From: Eledone cirrhosa
Lineage: Eukaryota
DNA length: 64,000 bases
Reading direction: 5' to 3'
Assembly: GCA_964016885.1 (NCBI GenBank)
Contig: OZ024741.1
Span: forward strand, 190,526,001 to 190,590,000
Shown here: piece by piece, positions 12,566-26,270 of the stretch
How positions within the stretch are numbered: the first letter of the stretch is position 1
How the letters are laid out: each line of letters begins with the position of its first letter
The notes under the pieces: generated by a model
Told to the model about the DNA's origin: nothing
The model's database searches: none
Seen by the model: the letters and a program-made list of their open reading frames with translations, nothing else
Program-made: the position numbers and the translations under genes

Positions 12566-13566
12566 GCTAAATAAAATATATTATATATATATCAGATTAG
12601 AAATATTATACATTCAAATAACTGGTGTCACTTATACTATTGCTGCTCCCACTGAGAGGGTATAGCTAGCAAATTCAGAAAAACAAAGGATATTGTAATA
12701 GTGATAGAAAACATCTGTAATTCAATAGTGGTAATGCGTTTGAGTCTTTATTAATCAATTGGATGGCTTTCTTTTAGATGTAGTCTAGTAACTAGATGAG
12801 TGGGTGTGTGTAACAGTAGCACCATTCCCTCTATGTGTGTTTGGGTCTTACATCAGCTTTGTAAAGTCAGAAACTGGTCAGCTTTGCTAAAGAATTTCCT
12901 GTCCTTAATACTTTTATTGCCATATTTCTAATGAAATACATTGCTATGTGTTTCAATTAATTTTGAAAATAAGCAAATATTTGGAGGAATTTAATAAAAT
13001 AACTAAGTTTTTCATTAGTAAAGTGATATTTAGAATATTACTTAATAAAAATGTATAAAATAAAATTATGATGGAAGGTTTTTATATAAGGATATACATT
13101 TTAAAATGAGCAGTTTTGTATCAAGATGGCTTCAAGCAGTTTGGTACTAAAAGAGTTAGAGAGTTTTATCAATATTATATATCTGAGGTAAACAGAGATT
13201 GTTAAATCTAATAGTTATAGTATAGTTGAAGGCTTTAATTTTGTGTTATTGATGTGTTATTCATGACAACAGAAATTGGGGTACAATACTGTTTCCTATA
13301 TCTGTATAGTGATTGTCTTTGTGCCACTGAAAAATACTAGGTTCTCCTGCTTGCATTGAAGTCTGCCATCAAGGAAACAAACAAATAAATTAGATTTTCA
13401 TGGCCCCAGTAAAGGATGTTGTCATGGTAACAAAAACAAAGTTCTCATGTCCCTAGTAAAGTGTATTGTCATGGTAACAAAAAGACTAGGTTCTCATGTC
13501 CCCAGTAAATGCTGTCAAGGTATCCCCCCCCCCCCCCAAAAAAAAAAAATAATAATATGAACTTAC

Positions 13567-13657
13567 TCTGGAATGTGGAACAAACTCTTCTGCCATTTTC
13601 TTCATAGGAGGGTCATAATCAATAATCATTTGACCAAGTCGAGGAAATGCCGGTTCT
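13567..13657 (-). CDS. NCKAP1: NCKAP1 exon: (G)[30 protein letters not shown]
   Basis: Matches [28 protein letters not shown]. ttttacag acceptor, gtaagt donor, 91 nt. Confidence 0.96.
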
Positions 13658-14410
13658 CTGTAAAAATTACAGAAGAAATTGAAAGATAATTCTTTAAATA
13701 TGTAAATTAATCATTTCTAATTTTGACAGAAGAGCACAAACTTGTAAAGGATGGGGTTCAGTCAATTGACTGTACTAATTTTATTGACCAGGAGGAATGA
13801 AAGACAAGATAGAATTTATTGGCATTTGAATTGAGAATGTGGAAGGCCATAAGTAAACACTACAAGCCATCTAGTTCATCAATCAACCATCCCTTTTTTC
13901 CTTTCGAGATCCATAAATAAAATACCTGTCCAGGGGCAATCAATTAGTAAAATTGCTAAAGAGACAGACAGGGTGCCCTATAGTATCTGTTCTGGCTTTA
14001 TGTGCTCCGATTCAAATTTTGCCTTCTACCACTGGATTTTATATCGGAGGAAATGGAACTTTCAGAGCCCAGCTAATGGTGATAAGTCCCCAATGTTAGG
14101 CTTATTGATTGGAATAACATGTTGGTGACAACAGTAAAAGATGTGGACAGTGTCCAAAGCAGAATAATGCTAGAACAGAAGTGTGTATGTAAATAAAAAA
14201 AAATTATGAAACCAAAGCAGGATAAAAACTAGAACAGATGTATCAAAATATTTGGAAATATTTTACTATTATTTCACTCTTTTTAACAATTGTACCAATC
14301 CACTGCCCCTGGATAGGGATTTTATTTATTGATCTCAAAAGGAATAAAAACAAGGTTGACAGGATTTATAATGAAGAAAATACAATAGTGAAACTAGTAG
14401 CACAGGAGGT

Positions 14411-16232
14411 TCATCATCATCATCATCATCGGTTAACGTCCATCTTCCACGCTTGCATGGGTTTGGACGGGAGTTTTCCCATTTGAGGTAAGAGTGGTTG
14501 TCTCGCTCGCATAGGACTGTCTGGCGGGTTTTCTACGGCTGGATGCCCTTCCTAACACCAACCACGTTTACAGTGTGGGACTGGGAGGTTTTTACCGTGT
14601 TACCTACACGGCCACATTACAGCGTGGACTGTCTGGCGGGTTTTCTACGGCTGGATGCCCTTCCTAACACCAACCACGTTTACAGTGTGGGACTGGGAGG
14701 TTTTTACCGTGTTACCTACACGGCCACATTACAGCGTGGACTGTCTGGCGGGTTTTCTACGGCTGGATGCCCTTCCTAACACCAACCACGTTTACAGTGT
14801 GGACTGGGAGGTTTTTACCGTGTTACCTACACGGCCACATTACAGCGTGGACTGTGTGTTTTTTTGTCGTGACACCTACATGACCTCATTTGTTTCGGAC
14901 TGGATGTTGTGGTACCAACATAACTTTACATTGAAAGGGGTGGTGTGGATGGGGTAGGGGTAGTGGGACGGGGGTGTATTTTGTTAGAGGTGCCTACTGA
15001 CTGTAGTAGGTTTCACTTTGTACTTAGATAAGGCGGGTCTTCCTGTGGCGGGTATTACTGTGTAGCGTCAAAGATCTGGGTCCAATGACATTGTCTTGGA
15101 GAGGTGTAAGTGTGTGAGGTCGGAATTTATCAAGTCGTCCCAGGTTTTTCTGGGTCTGCCTACTCCGTGGCTACCGTCTATTTTTATTGCCCTGCACTTT
15201 TTTATACAGCTGTCGTCTTTCATGCGCATCACGTGACCATACCAACGTAGTCTTCTCTCGAGTAAACAACATCTGATCCCTCTTATTTCTAATTTTTCCC
15301 TTAGTTCGTTTATGCTTTACCGTTCACGTATATTACTATTACACATCCAGCGGAGCATGCAGGCTTCTTCTCTAGTTCGGCCATTGATTCAACTATGAGC
15401 GTTAGATCATCTGCGTATAGGAGTTCCCATGGGCAGCCGGTCTTGAACTCCACTGTTATAGCCTGAAGGGCAATAATAAATAGTAGGGGGCTAAGAACGG
15501 AGCCCTGATGAACACCAACTTTTACGCTAAACTCTTCACTATATTCGTTAATTCTAACCTTGCTGACTGTTTCTTTATACATGGCTTGTATAGCTCTCAC
15601 AAGCCATTCATCAACACCTAGTTTTCTAAGAGCCTACCAGATAATGGAACGGGGGACTCTGTCGAAGGCTTTCTCCAAGTCGACAAAAGCTAAGTATAGG
15701 GGTTTACTTTTAGCTAGGTACTTCTCCTGTAGTTGTCGTACAATGAAAAGAGCGTCTGTGGTACTTTTACCTGACACAAATCCAAACTGCATTTCATCTA
15801 GATCAATTCTCTCTCTGATTAGTTGCGCTATTACTTTTTCTGTGACCTTCATGACCTGGTCGATTAATTTAATGCCTCTATAGTTACTCCTATCTAGGGC
15901 ATCTCCTTTACCCTTGTAGCAGTTAATGATGATGCTGCTAAGCCAGTCCTTCGGAACAACCCCATTCTGTATGACTTGGTTTACTATCCGGGTGACCATG
16001 GTGTGTCCCACCGTTCCAGAAGATTTCAGCATTTCAGCAACTATTTCCGAAGGCCCAGCCGCCTTACCCGTCTTCATATCTTTGATTGCTTTACTTATTA
16101 TACTACCTTTGCTGGTCCCTCTATTGGATCGATGTCGGGGAGACTGTCTTTCTCCCATTTATTCTCCTCATTTAGTAGCCTTTCGTAGTGACACTTCCAA
16201 GCTACCTTCTTATCAGCGTCAGTGATGGCAAA
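14411..16232 (-). mobile_element. RTE-clade LINE remnant with reverse transcriptase
   Basis: RT motifs KGDALDRSNYRGIKL, QFGFVSGKSTTDALF, AFVDLEKAFDRVPR, GVHQGSVLSPLLF and LLYADD. The 3' UTR contains a 112-bp triplication and ends in a (GAT)n tail. Confidence 0.92.
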
Positions 16233-16845
16233 TACAGGTTATTATTTATATTTATATATATAAGTTATTCCGGGTTCAATCGGGGGTAACCACAGTAAGT
16301 AAGGTACTCAATACATAGCAGAGTATAAATGTTTTAATATAGAAATCATCAGGAAGCTGACTGCCCAAGTAAATGTGGTGGTATTTATATCTTTTCTGAT
16401 GGTAGGAGAGGCTGGGGATTGGGATGGGTGGAGGTCATTGGTTGATGGATTTAAAGAAAAGGGAATTCATTAAAAGCTAATTCTTTAAAGTTATAATTTA
16501 TATTAACAAAGGCAGAAAGAATACTGTAAACAGGTTCAAATTGGAATACCAATCCTTGTTTATCTCTTAAACTAACAATGCCTGTAAGTCAGGTGTCTAC
16601 AGGATGGGTGAGGTTCATTGGTTTAAAGGGAAATTCTTTAGAAGTTAATTCATTAAGGCTGAAATTAGAGTGACAAAGGCAGAAAGAATTCTATAACCAG
16701 GTTCAAGTGTTGGGGTGTTTCCCCTTATTGTGAAGTTTCTCTTAATTTGCAACCTTCACGGTTGGAGTCTCCCGGGAGACTCCAACCATGAAGGTTGCAT
16801 TTTTCAGGGTAATTCAATATTTATTTATAAAACTAATCTATATTA

Positions 16846-16911
16846 TATTTTATCTGATGAAAGCGCACCATAATCTGCCTTGGTAGCCCTTGAAATATGT
16901 ATAATGAAATA
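16846..16911 (+). ncRNA. Type I hammerhead ribozyme motif (Penelope pLTR-type)
   Basis: tattttat-CTGATGA-stem II (aag.gcacca...tggt.gc.ctt)-GAAA-t(atgt)a-TA-atgaaata. 8-bp stem I, minimal stem III, predicted cleavage after 16903 (AUA). Confidence 0.8.
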
Positions 16912-16952
16912 AATATGGTTTTATAAATATAGTTTCCATTTGTTAATATATA

Positions 16953-17260
16953 TAGGCACATGGCTTAGTGGTTAGAGCATTGGCCTCGCAATCGAAAGGT
17001 TGTGAGTTCAATTCTCAGACCGGGTGATGTGTTGTTTCCTTGAGCAAGACACTTTATTTCACATTGCTCCAGTTTACTCAGCTGTAGAAATGAGTGGTCG
17101 TGGAGGTGCCACGGCAAAAAAAGCACCCAGCACTCACTGTAAATGAGGTTGGTGTTAGGAAGGGCATCCAGCTGTAGAAATCAAGCCAGAATCAGTTCCC
17201 GTCCCACCCTTGCAAGCAGGGAAAAAGTGGACGTTAAATGAAATGATGATGATGATGATG
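16953..17260 (+). mobile_element. tRNA-head CORE-like SINE family B with RTE-derived tail
   Basis: A box tggcttagtgg, B box gagttcaattc, CORE-like ccttgagcaagacacttta, tail gtcccacccttgcaagcagg...(gat)n. Other copies at 43448-43786 (-) and 56815-57198 (-). Confidence 0.85.
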
Positions 17261-17292
<32 letters not shown>

Positions 17293-17517
17293 TATCCCGA
17301 GTCAGTTTTCTCGTTGCTTTGGTCCCTGTGGCTGGCTTACCAGTCGCAATCTTCAATTTGCAAAGCTGTCTAAACGTAATGTTATTATTCTAAGGTAAAA
17401 TACCTTATTGAGTGCTTATCTGCACATTCCGATTGCATTCGTTAGCTTAGCTGCAACCAGAGCTTTGATTATGCTATACTTCCATTTATATATATACATA
17501 TATATACACACACACAC

Positions 17518-20107
17518 ATGGAAAGACACCACATAGGCATGTCCTTAAAAAACATACCTATAAACAGGGTATACACACTCGGTATGATACAAAGAACTAA
17601 TGACTTAATCCGATGGAAAACATATCATTACGATAAAGGACATAATAATAGTGATAGAAATGATGGATTTACCAGTGAAAAATATGGGTTCATATCCTGT
17701 AAAAATCCACCAAACAACCCTCAACTTAATGCCTTTAAACTTAACCTCATGAACATGATAAACAAAACCAAATTCAAAAAACGAATGCATCACAACAAAC
17801 TGCAAAATAACATCAATGCACTACTAAAAAAATTGCATAACACCAACGGTATTATAGTAAAGGCAGACACAACATCAAATGTATACACCATGAGCCTTAA
17901 TATATACAACAACTTTATACGCCGGAATTACACAAAAAATACAAGAAAACTAGCCTACACTCAATAGTATTAACAAGAAAGGTCTTAACATAGTAAAAAA
18001 AACTGAAAATATCTGATAGAACCGAACCTCTGACCCCTTGTAAACCCACATTTAATCTGAAAGATCATAAAGGCAACTTTGAAACTGACCCTACTATTAG
18101 ATTAATATGCCCATCAAAATCTGATATAGGCAAAATTAGCAAGTATATACTAGATAGAATAATACCACAAATTAAAGACAAACTAATAATTAAGCTTTGG
18201 GGTAACACTAACGAAGCAATAGATTGGTTTAGCAAATTAGACAATAAGGAATCTTCCGACTTCATACAATTTGACATCAATGACTACTACTCCTCTATTT
18301 CCCCAGTCACCCTAAATAAGGTACTAACCTTTGCACAAAAAAACTCTGACCTATCACCAGATGAAATTAAAATAATACTAGCTGCTAGAAGAACAATCAT
18401 TAGGTTCGATAATAGTTACTGGGAAAGAAAAAATAGACAAAACAACTTTGATATTACTATGGGATCGAACGATTCAGCTCAAGTAACGGACATTGTCGGA
18501 ATATATATAGCACATATCTTGCATAAGGAATTTGATAACCTACAAGGAGGAATCTATAGAGACGATACATTACTTTTAGCTAAAAACCTAAATAATCAAA
18601 ACTTGGAAAGATTATGTAAAAAGATTAGAACATTCTTTAATAAATTAGGACTAAACATCACTTTTGAACTCAACTCTAAAAAAGCTAACTTCTTAGATGT
18701 ATCACTTAACCTAAACACAGGACTAATAGAACCCTTCCATAAAAATAATGAAAATCTAGCTTAATTATAACTCGAATCACCCTCGCTCCATAATTAACTC
18801 CATAGCACATAGTATATCCCTTAGAGTTTCACACTTATCTTCTAATCTAGAGATTTTTAACGAACACGCTAACTACTACAACATAAAGAGAGGCTCAAAT
18901 ACATACCAGATACAAACAATAACAACACACTTAACAGAAATAACACTATCCACACCTATAGAAACAACAAATCAAGGACTAAACATAGAAATTGGCAACA
19001 AGCACCAGAAATAATGGAACTGAATACTAATATAAGGACCACTAGAAACTATAGAAGATGCAGAGATAGAAAATACTTATGGTTCAATCCAATATTTAAC
19101 TCCTCTATAAAAACCAAACTCCTTATACTTTCTTTAAATTAATTGACAAACACTTCCCTAAACTTCACAAATACCATAAAATCTTTAATAGAAATACTAT
19201 CAAACCATCTTACTCTCTGCCAACAACATAGAATCGCACATACATCATCATCATTCGTCGACTACTGTCGAGATGATGGATTTCACTCTCATGCCCCAGA
19301 ATTCCCTGTCCCCCATCGCTGCCCCCAGGTCCTGTCTACTGATTCCCGTATCCCCAGAGATAACGTCAGGGAATGACAGCTTCCTACTCCTAGTCAGGCT
19401 GGAGTCAGGGTTCCAGAGCAAGAGAGCGGATATGATTTCATTGCTGGCACGGTGACAGTGGCCAGCACATACATAAAATTAACTATAAAAGAATCTCTAA
19501 TACAAATAGCCTGGAAACAAACACCATAACACCAAATATAAAACATAAACACATAACAACATCACAACCAAACACATGTAAGAACACATCCCGACAATAC
19601 ATCAACAAACCCAATTTTCAGCCCATACATAACAACATACAAAACCGTATCGTGGAACCGGCACATAGGAAAGCATCAAAATGTAACTGTCATTTACCTG
19701 ATAAATGCCCACTACAAAATAGATGCCTGGAGTCAAATATAGTGTACCTATGTACTATAAATTCAGGCAACCTAGCATGGCACTACATAGGTTCGACAGC
19801 GGGGGAGTTCAAGAAAAGGTGGTATGTCCACAGACACTCCATAAATAACCGTAAACTTATGAACACAACGACGCTCGCCAATAAAATCTAGCAGCTCAAA
19901 GATACAAACCAGGAATACAGAATTAGCTGGGTGAAGTTGTCAACGGCAATGGCCTATATAATTGGCATGTCCCATTGTAGACTTTGCAATATGTAATTAT
20001 TCCATATTTTAAAATATAACAAAATGCTGCTTAACAGCAAAATTGAACGAACAATTTTCTGTAGACATAAAACGGTGAGCAAATTTGATAATTTCAGACC
20101 AACTTAA
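17518..20107 (+). mobile_element. Penelope-like element (Naiad-like), near-full-length decayed RT + GIY-YIG ORF
   Basis: SLKNIP N-terminus; RT motifs FIQFDINDYY, MGSNDSAQVTDIVG, GIYRDD, NFLDVSLNL; WFNP; CNCHLPDKCPLQNRCL linker; IVYLC...YIGST...FKKRWYVH (GIY-YIG); terminal LNSKIE...CRH. Contains frameshifts and stops. Confidence 0.9.
19246..19464 (-). mobile_element. Short 3' end of an RTE/RTEX-like LINE nested in the Penelope ORF
   Basis: Minus-strand peptide GHCHRASNEIISALLLWNP...DTG...MGDREFW, a (TGA)n tail, and a 10-bp target-site duplication GCACATACAT (19236-19245 and 19465-19474). Confidence 0.85.
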
Positions 20108-20315
20108 TTCATCCCATCTATTCCATAATTCAAATTGTACCACCTGAATCTATTATAATAACCTATTATCATTATTATTATCATCATCAACTGTCAATGA
20201 ACCAACATCATAACCTTTTATATTTTATATTTTCTCTCTTTCTATTTCTTTCCCTAAATTTATTTCATCTCTTACATTATATCTTATCGTATTATTTTCA
20301 CTTCTAATATAATTT

Positions 20316-20352
<37 letters not shown>

Positions 20353-20400
20353 CATACATGTATTTATTTACACTTGGATAGTTTTAAAAAGACAACTTAC

Positions 20401-20543
20401 CCACTGCCATGCTGGAACTCATGTCCCAAGTGGTACAGACCAAGAATGGTTTTCCTGTCATCTATCTTCGATACAATCACCATTATACAAACATATGTCA
20501 CTATTAGATCAAGGTAGTTTTTTGTCAGGTCATAGTTGGAGCT
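20401..20543 (-). CDS. NCKAP1: NCKAP1 exon: [47 protein letters not shown](G)
   Basis: Matches [37 protein letters not shown]. cccttctag acceptor, gtaagt donor, 143 nt. Confidence 0.96.
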
Positions 20544-20580
20544 CTAGAAGGGAAAGGAAAACAAAATGATTATATATTTG

Positions 20581-21201
20581 TATATATATAAAAATGTAGT
20601 TTTCTGTATGTGTGTGTGTGGACAATTTTTAATGAGGGCTCATATATTCTAAACCATCCATGCGATTTCTTTGAAATTTTTTACAGTACTTCTCCTTGCA
20701 CAAAACCTGTACATGATCTACAAAGGCTTTCAAAAATCGATATTGGGGCCTTTGGAGACATTAAAAAAGTTTCGGTTATTTGTGTAAATTTTTGTGATTA
20801 AGTAAGACAAGAGTTATCTTTCGTCAATATTTCGTGATTAAGTAAAACAAGAGTTATCTTTCGTCAATACAATAGGAACTCATTTTTGATGTTGTCAAAC
20901 ATTTTGTTTGGGGATTTTGATTATTACAATTCGGCTCATTTGGATTTTACTTTACTCTTTGTACTTGAAACAAAAAGTTTTACTGTTGTCAAAAAAATTT
21001 ATACCTAGACTGGATTTCTGTTGTTACATGGGATAACGGATGAGACCGAGCTCACATAATTATTTCGCTGGAATAGTGCCTAAGGTTTTCATGTTTACAT
21101 AAAGTACGTTTTTCTTCTATGTATTCAAATTTACTTTGTTTAGTTTAATGAGCTACATCAAAAGTTACTTGAACTGTCCAAAGGACGGGTACTTTAGTTA
21201 G
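20581..21201 (+). mobile_element. Non-autonomous Helitron-like element
   Basis: 5' tatatatataaaaatg...tgtatgtgtgtg start. The 3' hairpin ctgtcc-aaa-ggacgg is followed by TTAG|T, a degenerate CTAG end. Confidence 0.6.
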
Positions 21202-21212
21202 TATATATATAA

Positions 21213-21267
<55 letters not shown>

Positions 21268-21925
21268 TGTACGCAAATATATACTTATATGTATATACAC
21301 ACACATGTTCAGATATATGCATACACACACATGTGCAGATATATGCATCCACACACATGGAAGTGGTTACAAATATAGTAGAAAGCACTCAAATGTATGA
21401 ATTAGAATGAATATTTTTATTAGATGTGGTTATTTTCCACCTTAAATTTACTTCAACATTACATATAATTGTTTTCTTATTGAGAAATAATATAACTATC
21501 AATGGTGGTGCCCCAGAATGGCCTCAGCCTTGGTGATACGAAGGGCATACATCTGTTGAAAACTTGCCAAACAAAGGGTTGAGAGGACTCTTCAGTTTTG
21601 TTAAAGACATGAAAACCTCTTTTGTGCACTTGGTAGAATGTATGACAAGTAAATGTAGCCCCCACTTCCCGGCTTGTCTGGGAGGTCAGTAGCTCCATTT
21701 CCTTACTGACTTGGTCAATGTAGAACTGTCCAGCCCCTGCTAGCATGGAAAAATGACATTAAACAATGGTGATGTTGATCTTAAATATATCACTAAATGT
21801 AACTGTTAATTTTTAATCTCCATCAAAAATAAATAATAATGGTGAAGAGAGAGAAAAATATGTATGAGTGTATGTATGTATGTAGAGAGAGAGAGTGAGA
21901 AAGAGATATGCCAAATCCAACTTAC

Positions 21926-21982
21926 AATATCGAGAGTAATCTGACAAGCACCCATTGTGGTCAGCAGTTGTATAATATGATC
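21926..21982 (-). CDS. NCKAP1: NCKAP1 exon: DHIIQLLTTMGACQITLDI
   Basis: Matches DHVCELLNTIDVCQVFFDI. tttacag acceptor, gtaagt donor, 57 nt. Confidence 0.93.
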
Positions 21983-23172
21983 CTGTAAATGAGAGATGTT
22001 ACAACAATGAAATAATAATTGTTTCTACTTTTGGCACAAGGCCAGCAATTACCTAGTACATTACTGGTATTTTATTTTATCGACCCCGTAAGGATGAAAG
22101 GCAAAGTTAACCTCGGCGGAATTTGAACTCAGATGAAATAATAATGGTTTCTGATTTAGACACAAGGTCAACACCACAATTTAGAGGGAGAGGAAGAGTC
22201 GATTAAATCGCCTCAGCAGGGTTTGAACTCCGAATGTAAAGGGCCATGACTTTATGCCGTGAAGAATGGTGTTCAATGCTCTACCTATATTGCCAATCCA
22301 CCACCCTGAAATCTATTGCTCTGCCTTGGGATACAGTAGCACCATGTTTCCTTAAACCTCCTTGTTGTTGTTGTTTAAAATCCAACCCATCAATGAAGGC
22401 ATATGGCTTAGTGGTTGGGTGCTGGGTTCATTACGTTGTGAGTTTGATTCCTAGACTGTGCAGTGCATTGTGTCCTTGAGCAAGAAATTTTATTTCATAT
22501 TGCTCCAGTCTACTCAGCTGGAAAAAATTAGTTGTGACAACACTGGTGCCAAACTGTATTGGCTTTTACATTTCCTTCAGGCAACATTGGTGGCATGGAA
22601 AAGGGAGACTGACATGTATGGGCAATTCCTGGTCTTCCACAAAGCACCTTATTCAGGCTTGTACTTCATTTCTATGGATAGCATATTAATTACCTCTATC
22701 TTGCCACCATATTCGGATTGTTCTACATATCTCATGTAAAAGTCAACCCTAGTTCTTCATGGACAAAAAAAAAATCAATATTTGAGAAAAGGTATTATTC
22801 TGAACATAAATGTTACAATAAAAGAATTAATTTTAATACACTTGTATACTTGTGGAAAGATATATAAAAACTATGTGACCTTATTTATGTCGTTTAGTAG
22901 TAGAGTGTGTGAAAACTAACAGTATTTGAGTAAAGACTTGAATTTTTAATGTGATGCAGTCATAGTGCTGTGTTGTAGCTTTCAAAAATGTTTTGCTCTT
23001 GTGATTTCATGTAGCACAGGGTGCTCAGAGTTTTAAAAAAACTGGAGGAATATTATGAGTGATTACACTAAACAATTCTCCTGAATTCAATCATATTGAT
23101 TATTTTAATACCAATATTTCAATATTTAGGCATTACTGTGAATGAGATTGAAGTTATTTAAAGTCAACTCAC

Positions 23173-23259
23173 CTTCAAATCTAGAATGTCAACAAAAGTG
23201 TTGTAATACAGAGATAATGATTTGATTACTTCCCCTTTCACTTGGTTGACAGCAGAATA
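23173..23259 (-). CDS. NCKAP1: NCKAP1 exon: YSAVNQVKGEVIKSLSLYYNTFVDILDLK
   Basis: Matches [22 protein letters not shown]. cttacag acceptor, gtgagt donor, 87 nt. Confidence 0.93.
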
Positions 23260-23409
23260 CTGTAAGTACAAACAGTTATACATTAATACATTCACATGTC
23301 CACATCAAATCAAATGATAACAATTCAAATATATGGATATTCTAAAGTTTAAACCACTCATGGCAAATGTTTATTTTATTGAAAAGCAACATCTTATTTT
23401 ACTGATTCA

Positions 23410-25583
23410 GTTCATTTCAATTGATTGTGATTCTATTAGGTCATTTCAATCAACTGTAACCCTGTTAGGGAGTTTCAATCAACTATGATCACAGTAAGTC
23501 ATTTCATTTAACTGTGACCCTGTTACAGTGTTTCAATCAACTGTGACCCTGTTACAGTGTTTCAATCAACTGTGACCACGTTAGGGTGTTTCAATCAACT
23601 GTGACCCTGTTACAGTGTTTCAATCAACTGTGACCCTGTTACAGTGTTTCAACCAACTGTGACCTTGTTACAGTGTTTCAACCAACTGTGACCTTGTTAC
23701 AGTGTTTCAATCAACTGTGACCCTGTTACAGTGTTTCAATCAACTGTGACCCTGTTACAGTGTTTCAATCAACTGTGACCACGCTAGGGTGTTTCAATCA
23801 ACTGTGACCCTGTTACAGTGTTTCAATCAACTGTGACCACGTTAGGGTGTTTCAATCAACTGTGACCCTGTTACAGTGTTTCAACCAACTGTGACCTTGT
23901 TTCAACCAACTGTGGCTTTGTTACAGTGTTTCAATCAACTGTGACCTTGTTACAGTGTTTCAACCAACTGTGACCTTGTTAGGGTGTTTCAATCAACTGT
24001 GACCTTGTTAGTGTTTCAATCAACTGTGACCCTGTTACAGTGTTTCAATCAACTGTGACCACGTTAGGGTGTTTCAATCAACTGTGACCCTGTTACAGTG
24101 TTTCAACCAACTGTGACCTTGTTACAGTGTTTCAACCAACTGTGGCTTTGTTACAGTGTTTCAATCAACTGTGACCTTGTTACAGTGTTTCAACCAACTG
24201 TGACCTTGTTAGGGTGTTTCAATCAACTGTGACCTTGTTACAGTGTTTCAACCAACTGTGACCTTGTTACAGTGTTTCAATCAACTGTGACCGTTACAGT
24301 GTTTCAACCAACTGTGACCTTGTTACAGTGTTTCAACCAACTGTGACCCTGTTACAGTGTTTCAATCAACTGTGGCCTTGTTACAGTGTTTCAACCAACT
24401 GTGACCTTGTTAGGGTGTTTCAATCAACTGTGACCTTGTTACAGTGTTTCAATCAACTGTGACCTTGTTACAGTGTTTCAACCAACTGTGACCTTGTTAC
24501 AGTGTTTCAATCAACTGTGACCTTGTTACAGTGTTTCAACCAACTGTGACCTTGTTACAGTGTTTCAATCAACTGTGGCCTTGTTACAGTGTTTCAACCA
24601 ACTGTGACCTTGTTACAGTGTTTCAACCAACTGTGACCTTGTTACAGTGTTTCAATCAACTGTGACCTTGTTACAGTGTTTCAACCAACTGTGACCTTGT
24701 TACAGTGTTTCAATCAACTGTGACCCTGTTACAGTGTTTCAATCAACTGTGGCCTTGTTAGTGTTTCAACCAACTGTGACCTTGTTACAGTGTTTCAACC
24801 AACTGTGACCTTGTTACAGTGTTTCAACCAACTGTGACCTTGTTACAGTGTTTCAACCAACTGTGACCTTGTTACAGTGTTTCAATCAACTGTGGCCTTG
24901 TTACAGTGTTTCAACCGTGACCTTGTTACAGTGTTTCAACCAACTGTGACCTTGTTACAGTGTTTCAATCAACTGTGACCTTGTTACAGTGTTTCAACCA
25001 ACTGTGACCTTGTTACAGTGTTTCAATCAACTGTGACCTTGTTACAGTGTTTCAATCAACTGTGACCCTGTTACAGTGTTTCAATCAACTGTGGCCTTGT
25101 TACAGTGTTTCAACCAACTGTGACCTTGTTACGGTGTTTCAACCAAACTGTGACCTTGTTACAGTGTTTCAACCAACTGTGACCTTGTTACAGTGTTTCA
25201 ATCAACTGTGACCTTGTTACAGTGTTTCAACCAACTGTGACCTTGTTAGGGTGTTTCAATCAACTGTGGCCTTGTTACAGTGTTTCAACCAACTGTGACC
25301 TTGTTACAGTGTTTCAACCAACTGTGACCTTGTTACAGTGTTTCAACCAACTGTGACCTTGTTAGGGTGTTTCAATCAACTGTGACCTTGTTACAGTGTT
25401 TCAATCAACTGTGACCTTGTTACAGTGTTTCAACCAACTGTGACCTTGTTAGGGTGTTTCAATCAACTGTGGCCTTGTTACAGTGTTTCAACCAACTGTG
25501 ACCCTGTGAGGGTGTTTCAACCAACTGTGACCTTGTTAGGGTATTGCAATCAACTGTGGCCTTGTTAGAGTGTTTCAATCAAC
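23410..25583. repeat. 29-bp minisatellite, about 75 copies (tgtgaccttgttacagtgtttcaa(t/c)caac)
   Basis: Directly visible tandem array, degenerate at both edges, with no unique spacers. Confidence 0.99.
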
Positions 25584-26270
25584 AATACGTTATCTCTGTA
25601 ATGCTCTCTCATAACGCCTATTAGGAATTACATCAGATCTGCTTGTATCAAATACACCTTACCATCACCCATTTCTGTGCTGCCAGCTACCACCCTCATT
25701 CTTACCAGTGCCTATCTCTATTACCAACCATTACTCGCTGTCTCCCACCAGTTAACACAGAGCTACCATTAGTTTTTCTTTCATTACTCATACCAACACT
25801 ATCATCCTTTCATTACTCCTCTTTCTGCATTCTGCTTCTCCCACTATATACATGCTCCCTTTACCCACTCACCCTGATTCTTCTGTTATTGTTTGTCATT
25901 ACTGTCTCTTTTCCATTACAACCCCCTCTTCCACCCTCTCACCCTAATCACTCTCTTTCTTCCTCACTCCAGTTAATCTGTCATTGCACTTACTCTTTTG
26001 GTTACAATAATTAAATACATACAGACAATGCTGAATAATGTGTAATCTTTAGTCTTCTACAATACAAGGCAACCTCTCTAGTATTGGTGTCAGGATAAAA
26101 TGGATCCACTACACTCTTAAGTGGTTGGCATTATACCAAAAATGCAATGTACAAGCAAGAGAGCAATAGCTCCAAGTGAAAACTAGTTTGGAACGTGATG
26201 ATCCATCAAACACATGCTAGTATTGAAAGAAGATATAAAATGATGATATTTATATGCAGGAAATACTTAC

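Noticed and set aside
23410-25583. CRISPR-like appearance of the 29-bp repeat (gtttcaatc motif)
   Set aside because: Head-to-tail units with no unique spacers, no cas genes, and a eukaryotic intronic context.
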